Positions 53,793 to 64,000 of a stretch of 64,000 nucleotides of DNA are shown here, one piece after another. The notes under the pieces are model-generated. The model saw nothing but the letters and a program-made list of their open reading frames with translations, was not told the DNA's origin and did not search any database. The DNA is from Octopus vulgaris (Eukaryota): the NCBI GenBank assembly GCA_951406725.2, contig OX597827.1, positions 47,430,001 to 47,494,000 of the forward strand. Direction: 5' to 3'. The position numbers were made by a program, and so were the translations under genes. Position 1 is the stretch's first letter; each line of letters starts with the position of its first letter.

Positions 53793-54196
53793 TATAAATA
53801 TATATATAAACACGCATACACACACACCTTCTCTCTCTCTCTCTCTCTCTGTGACCTTCTGTCGCGCATAGATGTACATATATAGAAACAGAATGACCTG
53901 CTTCAAATTGTTATTGAGAAGCCGAGTAAATGTTTATGACAAATTATCCATAATAAAACTTAATTATGTTACTTATCTTTACAGTTTCTAACAGAAAACG
54001 ATTTAGTCTAACTCGAAACTAGAAATTATATATGATTTCCATAAATAAATAAATGTTATATATGCATGCATCCATGCATCCATGGATACATACATACATA
54101 TAAAATATATACATGTATATATGTATACATATATGTAATTTATATAATATATATATACATACATACATATACACACACACATATATATATTCATAC

Positions 54197-54251
<55 letters not shown>

Positions 54252-54632
54252 ATCCAAACAAGAAAGCACAAAAAAACACAACAACGCGAGGACGTGGAAC
54301 AAATATAGTATTATTGGACGCTCAGGAAAGAAGGAAAGAAGGAGGGTTTAACGTTTCATAATTGATTTCGTTTAGCTGGCGATAAACATTGTATCTATAC
54401 ATATATGTATAACCCTCGGTATTTGCGTCATGAAATAATTGCCAGGTTTCTCAACGATTGTTTTCTAAAATGTGATCACATACACAATGCCAAATCACAT
54501 TAATGTATGCATGACAAAAGAAAAATCCGTATCTGCGTTCTCTGAGGAGTAAATCATAGAGAAGAGATGGTGAAACGTTGTGTTTTAGTGGAGTGTTAAG
54601 CTGACTTAATCTAAATCTGCCTCTCACTAATA

Positions 54633-55260
54633 CAGTGTGGTCCAAACGTTACGAAAGAGTTTGAATGTCTAAATTTACAATACTTATAGAAAATAAATTT
54701 ACACTAAATACGAAAACTCACGCCTTGCAAATGGCGTCCAGTTCCTGTTTCACTCGAATGTGCCCTTTATATGGCGTGTTCCATGGCATCCCTTACTCTT
54801 TCGGGTTTCATTGCTCTGATTTTGGCCCAAATATTGTTTAAGATTAACATAAAAGTTTCCCTTGAGATAGCTCTATGGATGCAGTCACGTACCGTCAGAA
54901 CCGGAGAATGTAGTGGCCTGCATTTCTTGCATCTGCGGGAAATTATTGCTCCTTCAAATATATGACGAATCAATTGAATTTTGTTCCTTGCTTTGTGAGT
55001 ATAGCTCTGTCCTGTTGAAGCCACATGTCAGGTTTATCCCGAACCGTTGGAAGTAAGAAAGTTTCCATCATTGACTGATATTCATCTCCTGTGACGGCGA
55101 CACTTCTGCCGTCATTCCACACCAGGCCGTAAACTTAAAGGGACGCAATTCCCTTTATTAAGTTGCCCTAGGATTTTCCATTTTTTTCCTTTTTGTTACC
55201 GACGCCATTCAAATGAAAATGTGTTTCATCTGACGTTATCACCTTTCGGATGAATTCTTG
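54633..55260 (-). mobile_element. Tc1/mariner-superfamily relic (right end plus catalytic fragments)
   Basis: TA|CAGTGTGGTCCAAA terminus. Minus-strand translations VITSDETHFHLNG, DMWLQQDRA and FEGAIISRR. Confidence 0.7.
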
Positions 55261-55299
55261 TTAATTCTTGAAGAAATTAAAAAAAAGGAATAATTTGCG

Positions 55300-55730
55300 A
55301 GAAAATGGTGGGAGTGGGGGAGGAAGTCTTTCCGAAAATAGTAGCTGAAAAACAGGAAAAAAAGCCTAAAATCAGTAGAAACGCACGAACAATTAATGTG
55401 GTGTCATGAAGTAAAGGTGCTTCAGATGCACTCGATTATTCATACGAATATGTCATAAATAATATAGACAAACGAAATATACACCGCCGGAAGTTGTTAT
55501 TGACAAACAACAGCAGTAATTATATTCAGCTAAATACGCGTCATTGATTGGTTGAAATTACCGAAATACGACAACTTTAACACGAAATAACTTCGAAAAT
55601 ATAAACTTTTCTCAGCAACGCTAAGAGTAAAATATGTTCTATATGACACATTCTACCAGTATAGGAAGTTTCAAAGTGTCTAGTTAAAGAAAATTAATTA
55701 ATCGCGTTGTCCATGAAAAGGAAAAGATCC
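55300..55730. mobile_element. Diverged relative of the 44391-44829 TIR element (right half)
   Basis: Shares CGTCATTGATTGGTTGAAATT, ACACATTCTACCAGTATA and terminal GAAAAGATCC. Confidence 0.7.
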
Positions 55731-56390
55731 GAAAATTATTCATATTTGCAAAATATGTGAGTACCGTGACCTATAACACATAATATTTTGGTATATACGT
55801 GTGTGTGTATAGAAATATATAAAATATAAATATATATATATGTGTGTGTGCGTGTGTGTTTATATATGCATACATACATATTTGTGTATATGTATGTATG
55901 GATGTATTTCTATATTTTATGTAAGGTAACTGAGGAGAAAACGTTTCTTAGGGATGGAGTTTCAGGTATCATAGGGAAAGGTGAAAGTTTAAATTACCTC
56001 ATCATCAGTGTTTTTCAAAGAGATTTTAGAAGAAATTGGATGGTAATTTTATTTGTTGTCGTTATCCATAATATATTTGTTTCACTAAATTCGGCCTGGT
56101 GTACTTCATCGAGAAATACTGACATTTCAGATCAAATAGAATTGTTATTAATTAGATGTAACTTGAAGGTGAAAAAAAAAACGAAATACTTAAATCAGTG
56201 GTTTACCGCTGTAGAGTGACGTAGACCATAGCAGATATTTTTGATGTTGTTCACAACGACACTCATACAACACTCATGAAGCTGAGGGCAGAATTAAAGA
56301 AGCTATGTATTCCAGTATATATGTATATAGCTTGTACATCTTTCTATATATGTGTCTGTATATATTTATGTGAGTGTATATAGATACACA

Positions 56391-56445
<55 letters not shown>

Positions 56446-57711
56446 ATATGTATATATATAGATATATAGATATATATTTGAGCGTGTGTATTGACAATAT
56501 ACAAATGTATCTATGTGTCCAAAGTCTAGCTTAATATTACAGTTTAATATTGTAGCTGCTATAGAAATAATTATATGAGGCGATCAAGAATAGAGATATA
56601 AGAAAGAAGGTTATACATCTTATCATCATCACAGTTATATTATGGAAGTCAAAGCAAAAGAATATGTTGCGAATAATTGACATCCTATCATGGACACCTC
56701 GCAGTAATAAGTGGAGATTTTACGACTAGAATACTCTATTAGTTATGGATATATTACAGAGAATGGCGGCTATTGTTGTTTCACCCCAAGTCACCCCTAG
56801 TTAGGTGGACATATCAAGTGCCCATGTATTTTTTGTTACTTTATGGATTTTGTAAATGCACTGCAGTTTAGTAACTTCGAAGCGAACAGGTCAGCGAAGC
56901 ATGTGTATGTGGTCTTTTCATCTACTATATATGTCCCACAAACAAGACGCTCCAGTCTTAAATAGGAAATGATATGTTGTTTCATCTATTCCCACATACC
57001 TATTAATATTGACCGGCTGATCACGGTATTAATCTCTTTGATGTCCACGACAGTCAGAAATATCATTAAAGTGCAGGAAACCTTGGTCATTGTCTACCTC
57101 TTTTGCCGATAGACTAGCCTCAATAAGTAATAATTATTTAACTGGCAAAAAGGCGGTGGATTAACTGAATGCTTCTGTGAGATTTTGTAATTATTTTCTC
57201 AATCCCTCAATACATTATTAATCAAAGCGTTCGGCTGTTCGATAATGAATATTGATTCAAGTCCTTTTATGCGTTCCCACAATAAACTACTTATCATGGT
57301 AATGTAATTTCAAGACGTCTTTTACATTTAGAAACTCTATTCAACTTCATATTTGAACCATTGGTCACATAAACAAGGCATTAAATCACGCGAAATGTAA
57401 ATGCGTAAAATATATTTTTTTTAATGTCACACAATAAGAAGGAATGTTATGCAATATTCATTCATATTCTATTACACTTTGCTTTTCGGTTGCGAACCAT
57501 TTCATGTTCACTTAATGGTCGACGTTGCATTTAATACCTTTGTATTCAAAATAAAAGTAAAATGCTAATCAAAACCTGGGATCTATACAATGGCATTCCG
57601 TTCAGCTCTACGTCCTGAGTTCAAATTCCGTTGAGGGCGACATTGACTTTCATCCTTTTGGGACTCGATAAAATAAGTAATTGTCGATTCTTTTTTCTTC
57701 TTTTTTTTCTA

Positions 57712-58017
57712 CGCCCTTTTCAAGCCTAGCCAGGCTCATGGTTCCGGTTTCCCGGTTTCTATGGCTTATGTGTTCCCCCACCCCCAGCTGGACGGGTCGC
57801 CAGTCCATCGCAGCCTTACTCAAGAAACAGGAAGAAAGAGTGAGAGAAAGTTGGGGTGAAAGAGTACAATAGGGGTCGCTACCACTTCCTGCCGGAGCCT
57901 TGTAGGGCTTTAGGTGTTTTCGCTCAATAAACTCACACAACACCCGGTCTGGGAATAGAAACCGCGATCCTCCGACCGCAAGTCCACTGCCCTATCCAGT
58001 GGGCCATTGCGCCTCCA
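57712..58017 (-). mobile_element. tRNA-derived SINE, head A plus tail ii
   Basis: Head A reverse complement (GGGCCATTGCGCCTCC) joined to GGTTTCCCGGTTTC...CTGGACGGG..GCCAGTCCATCGCAG tail. Confidence 0.88.
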
Positions 58018-58214
58018 GTAACTGTCGATTACATCAACATTATACTCGCTTGAAAAGCCAAACTTTGAAACCATTATTAAACGGAAACAAAGGCGGAGAG
58101 CTTTTCGGGTTTGATAAAATAAAGTGTCAGTCAGATATTGAGGTTGATATAATGAACATGCCCATTGTCCCCAAAACTTGTGGCAAAATTAAAAATATTA
58201 CAAAGATTCATTAA

Positions 58215-58440
58215 GAACTGGCAGAATCGTTAAGATATCGGAGAAAGAAACCTTATTCGGTGTATGTTCCGAGTCTTCATGTTCTGCACCCATATCCCGC
58301 CGATGTCAACTTTTCATTTTATCGCTTCGGGCTGAATAAAATAAAGTACGGTCCAAGTACTGGCGTCCATGGTAACGACTTAAACCCCTCCCTATTAAGA
58401 TGAAATATCTGGCCTTGTTCTTAATTTAGAACGCATCATT
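58215..58440 (+). mobile_element. Decayed SINE family C copy
   Basis: GAACTGGCAGAATCGTTAAG...CCGCCGATGTCAACTTT...CTGGCCTTGT. Confidence 0.6.
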
Positions 58441-59601
58441 AAGAGTAAAAACAAGAAAAGATATCAAAGGTGACAAAAATACCCAACGTAATTTTCAAAA
58501 TTACATAAAATTGCTACCAGAGTAACATGTCGGTCTTATTTTATTTCGGTGGTTTATTGTATTTAAATTTCACTTTTAAAATTTATTCTATTTTTTATTG
58601 GCAGTTTCTCCGCTATTTATCGATTATTTGTATTTTTATTTTCTAGTTTACATGTTATGGCTTCTCACGGTCGTTCTCAGATCACATTTTGGAGATTAAA
58701 AAGTAATTAGCTTGTTATTAGAGAAGATTATGTTGCAATTGCAGCGGACACATCTTAAATAGAATAACAATTTAGCAGAGGACATGCGTAAGTAGAACGA
58801 GATTTAAAATTTCTTCGACATTCAAATAGGGTTCGCAGTTTCGACTACCCGTAGAAAATTTTTCATGTTATTTAAGGCACCAAATAGACTTTACAATGTA
58901 GTGAAATGATTTGAACAAGAAAGCTTGAATGTGATCATTCTGTCATTTAAGAATAATCGCCACATCTCCTTCCTATCATAGTCAACCGTTTGAGAAAAGG
59001 TTAAAGAAGTTTATTAGGTATTGTTGTTCCAGATCTCTTATAAAACAAAAACAAAAAAAGAACAAAGAAACAAACGAAATAGAGGAACAAAGAAAAAAAA
59101 ACTGACCAGACTAAAATAAAACACTTTGAACATATCTTTTGGCGGGAGGGATGACTCGCAAATAATTTTGAAAATCACAAACGCCGCAACATCGTATAAT
59201 AAATAGGTTGTCAAGATTTGGATAAAAACAATTTATTTAGTGCTCTCATCTCTGTTAAGAAATTCCTCATAAATTATGTATTTGTAGAAAATTCATACCA
59301 TTTATATATATATATATATATATGTGTGAGTTAGCCGAAAAAAATTTGGAATTGAATTTGTTTCTTGGGTTCTGGGAAGAGAATATTTTGGGAGTAATTT
59401 ATTATTTTCAATCTAAATGTGTCTATTTATATATGAGCGTGTGCGGGTGTGTCTGTGTGTGTGTATGTGCATTTATGAATATATATAATCTGAATATTCT
59501 ACTAAAGTAGCTGCTAGCGCTATAATACGATTTATAAAATCATGTGACATATTAATAAAAATCTGTAAATGTTAACCATCCAAATTTCTGGGTACCTTAT
59601 T

Positions 59602-59651
<50 letters not shown>

Positions 59652-59818
59652 CACGAAACCCATACACATGTATACGTATATAAAGTTGTTTCTAGTTTAA
59701 TGTTTTACCGTTCACAAAAAGAATCTGCAGGCGCAGTATGTATTACATAATAGTAAAGACGAACGAAATCGATAATAGTACAACATATGTTCCTGTTGCA
59801 AATTCCTTATAGATGTTG

Positions 59819-59867
<49 letters not shown>

Positions 59868-59972
59868 CGGCGGTGCCCCAGCATGGCCACAGCTTGTGAG
59901 CTGAAACTAGATAAATAAAAATATATATATATACATATACACTTAATTGCCTATATATCGTTCTATATAGGC

Positions 59973-60046
<74 letters not shown>

Positions 60047-60724
60047 TTTTAAGCGTATTTTCGAGTAAAATGTTTAGTGAATTCGCTTTTATTATCCATA
60101 GAATCGGAATATCAAATTGTGGTTCGGTGCTCCTCAATTTATCTATGAACAGAACTAACACCCCATTAGTTTACTGTCTAAATTGCAACAATCTGAAAAT
60201 TTGAATGTTTATTTGGATTCCCGTATCAGGTATGTATAAATATAACATCCAATAGGAACTGTTGCGTTTATATAAAAGAAAATAAAACATATATATGCAG
60301 TTATTACTTGACATAATATAATAACACACATTTTCACTTACACAAACACACACATATATAATAGCCATAAAGTTATGTATGCACACCTCTGCATCCACTC
60401 GTTTGTGTGTGTGCGCGGGAGCGTGTTGATGTCTATGTGTATGCAGCTCATCTGGTGATTTTTATTCATTGGAGTATTGACTATAAAATATGTGCATATG
60501 TCCTCCAGTTATATTTTAAAACGATTCCAATTGAAATATAATTTCTTTATATATATATGTATATATATGCTTGCTGTATATTATAATTATTCAGAATACA
60601 AACAAACAAGTATTCCCAAGAATGTCTTAAAGAGAAGAGTCTATAATTCCATTTTTTTTCTGAAAACTACAATGTCAAGCTGTGCTTACAAAGATGGCTT
60701 TGGAGCATTAGAGTGTTATTGATT

Positions 60725-60812
<88 letters not shown>

Positions 60813-60856
60813 AAATACATAACATATATAAAGCGAGGCTAGGTAACATACATATA

Positions 60857-60981
<125 letters not shown>

Positions 60982-61699
60982 GTATGTATATGTATATATG
61001 CATGTATATATGTGTGTGTATCTGCGTATGTGCTCTCCCGAGCTTTGCTGTTATTTACGTGCGGTTTATGTTACGTCTTGATCAATAGAATTTCCAAAGA
61101 GGTGATTGAATATTCTGCGTTATAGCTTTGCAGTAAATGCATTTAAAAGTTTTGTTTGGGAGATCAAATCCCAGCGTATCGTAAAAAAAAATTGTAACCG
61201 ATCACGAATCTTCTCGCCGTGAATCTTTAATAAGAATAACTAAAGTCCCTGGCTCGAAGTGATATCCAACTCCAAGGTACGGCATGATTTACGTTGGAAA
61301 AAAAGAAGTACAAATATAGTAGCCCTAATCTTCTATCTTTGTTCGGTGGATGCAAATGATTTTCATCTCAGAAATGTTACTCATGTTCAGTTCCAGTGAG
61401 AACAATGATCCCTTAGTTAGAATTATATGGACAAGAGTAAAAATAGCAGCGTGTAACTTCCTAGTGTGGGAAAACCTGCAAATATGAACTACATTCTTCC
61501 GTTGATATGAAGAATTACATTTTGAAGGGATCGACAAACATTCCAAATGGTCACTGTGCGTGATTGGAACTGATGTTCGCTTCATATCAGCAATGTGTAT
61601 ATTTTAAAAATTCTCTTTAATGAGACAGCACTGCCAATTAATCGCCACTAATTAAATACTAATAGTTACTTTATAATAGTTACAATGCCTGAAAGTTTT

Positions 61700-62510
61700 C
61701 GGGAAATGGATTGTCGATTACTTCTACTTCAGTGTTCAACTGGTACTTATTTCATTGGCCCGGAACGAATGAAAGGTTAAGTCGACCTCGGCAGAAAGTT
61801 AACTCAGAATGTAAAGCCGGAAAACTACCGTTAAGCATTTTCTCCAAGGTGAAAACGATATCAGTATGCTACCTAAGAGTAATCTCTAATAACCGTTTCA
61901 AATTTTGTGGTAAAGCCAGCAGTTTCGGGGCAGTGGGCAAGTCAGTTACATCTACCACAGTTTTCGACTGATAATTATTATCTTATCGACCCCGAAAGAA
62001 TGAAAGCAAAGTCGGCCTCGGTGGAATTTGAACTCAAACGTAAGGACGGGCGAAATGACGCTAAACCTTTTTGACACGGTGTGCTAAAGATTCTGCCAGC
62101 TCGTCACCTGAAATTAAACACTAATATTTAATTCTTTATTGCCCACATGGGGCTAAACATAGAGAGCATAAACAAGGACAGTGCGTAACTGGTACATATT
62201 TAATTGATCCCGAAAGGATGAAAGGCAATGTCGACCTCGGCGGAATTTGAACTCAGAACGTAGCGGCAGAAGAAATACCTATTTCTTTACTTCCCACAAG
62301 GGGCAAAACACAGAAAGGACAGACAAGGATAGACAAACGGATTAAGTCGATTATATCGACCCCAGTGCGTAACTGGTACTTCATTTATCGACCCTGAAAG
62401 GATGAAAGACAAAGTCGACCTCGGTGGAATTTAAACTCAGAACGTAACGGCAGACGAAATATGGCTACGCATTTCGCCCGGCGTGTTAACGATTCTGCCA
62501 GTTCACGGCA
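61700..62510 (-). repeat. Tandem array of about 4 SINE family C units
   Basis: Repeated GTCGACCTCGGYGGAATTTGAACTCAGAACGTA units at ~61780, 62010, 62230 and 62414. Confidence 0.85.
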
Positions 62511-63091
62511 GGCAGGGTAAGATCGATGGACAGAATTTCTAGATTTTCCAGTATTTAATAACTTAAGAACAATGCCAGAAATTGCATAATGATAGGGAGG
62601 GGTTTAAGTCGATACCATCGACACCAGTCCTTAGCTCGTACTTCATGTATTGAAGACGGTGTGCTGGCAAAAATGTTGATAAAATAAGTACCAATTGAAC
62701 ACTAAGGTAGATTCACTTGACTTATTCCCGCTCCTAATATCGCTGCTCATATGCCAAAGTTTGAAACCAATATTTTTAATACATACAAATATAATACAAT
62801 TCAAGATTGATAATATTTTAGAAGTAAACCAATATACCAAACTTTCAATACACCATTTCCGTCTTAAAAGATGAAGGAAAAACATAATGGATATACTAGT
62901 ATATGGTGGTATAGATATACCATCATATCTGAGATCGTGTATCTTAGTATTCTAATGCGGTAGTTAGAGATCGAATTACATGGTTTATAGTTTCTGTTTG
63001 ATCCGAGCAAAACTAAGACTCGTTTTCCTCCTCTTTCCCTCCACATCATCATAATCAGCGTCATCTTTATCATAGTTCGTCCTCCTCCTAA

Positions 63092-63158
63092 CCCGCCTCC
63101 TCATGAGAAAACCAATGTGAAAGCCAATGAAAAAGAAACGTTGCACAGTCACGTGACT
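63092..63158. promoter_or_regulatory. Promoter-like motif cluster (GC-box, two CCAAT, palindromic E-box)
   Basis: CCCGCCTCC at 63092, CCAAT at 63112 and 63124, AGTCACGTGACT at 63147-63158. Confidence 0.3.
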
Positions 63159-64000
63159 TTCTAGAAAGACTGTGTAACGCATTCTATCCAGCTCGTAAAA
63201 ATTGTAAATAAATATTGGAGAATAAAGTCCTAGTTACAATATCACCGTAATAAGACGTAACAGTGTTGGGGCACTTTTATCATAGATATGGTCAATCAAT
63301 GCTGGTCGGGCCCAAATCACCAACAAGAAATATTCGCAGCAATTCTAAAGAATAAAAGTCGACATTCTAATAGAGTGTCTCGAACAACAACTCAACCGTT
63401 GGTATTTCCTGTAATCAGTTTCAGATGATTTCGAGGTCATCTATAATTATGAGCATCATCATCATCCTTAACACCACCACCGTCATCACCACCACCACCG
63501 CCACTACCGTCACAGTCACTAACACCACCACCATTACAATAATCAGCAGTAGCATCACAGACCAATGAATCAGAGAGAGAATGTGAGAAAGAGGAAGTGA
63601 GAGAAAGTGGGTGTGAGAGAGAGAACGTAAGGGAGAGAGAGTGTGTGTGTAAGAGAGAGATTCTGAGAGATATTGAGAAGCAGAGGGAGTGAGGAAAAGA
63701 TAGTGAGAGAGCTCCTTCATTCGGAAACGATCATTTATAATGAAGAACCAAATGTTCTTCAAATCACATCCCACAGACTTGAGAAAGATAAAAGGAAATA
63801 CGAATTACTGTCTTTTGCAGCATGCCTTAACATTTGGCAGGTGTTATATGTTATGAAATAGAACATCAACTTTAATTAGTTAAATGATAACCATTTTGTC
63901 TACTTGCAGAATTTGATTTCGTAACGTTAAAGGTTTGCGATAATACAAGGCATGTCATTTTGTCCGTAACCCTTTCATCTGAAGAATCGAGATGAAAGCA

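Noticed and set aside
61700-62510. CRISPR-like repeat array
   Set aside because: Eukaryotic context. The units are long, diverged SINE monomers without unique fixed-length spacers, and there are no cas genes.
63972-64000. CTGAAGA-ATCGAGAT-GAAA at the window edge
   Set aside because: Stem II is implausibly short, a simple hairpin explains it, and the 3' part lies outside the window.

Overview
AT-rich, microsatellite-saturated eukaryotic DNA. The SINE repertoire and repeat style look cephalopod/Octopus-like, which is an inference from recall and not a database result. No host exon can be called with confidence, and almost all short ORFs in the track are microsatellite or repeat artefacts. Content: (1) one apparently intact CR1-group LINE (3496-8100, minus) with an unusual ORF1 (Myb/SANT-like N-terminus, polyQ, two CCCH fingers) and a 1005-aa APE-RT ORF2. 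(2) A near-intact DD34D mariner, its deletion derivative, a second decayed mariner and a Tc1-like relic. (3) A 5'-truncated Penelope-like element whose 3' region has a five-fold ATTGG-N12-TGACGT array and a U3:A8 variant hammerhead. (4) A non-autonomous Helitron, a TTAGGG-bearing TIR element, an RTE relic and many modular tRNA-derived SINEs. The most striking unannotated signal is a set of unrelated minimal type I hammerhead ribozymes with palindromic stem III (11657, 26816, 38854, 41425, 49415, plus decayed copies). One of them sits behind a tRNA-like Pol III head, which suggests a hammerhead-bearing SINE possibly mobilised by Penelope.
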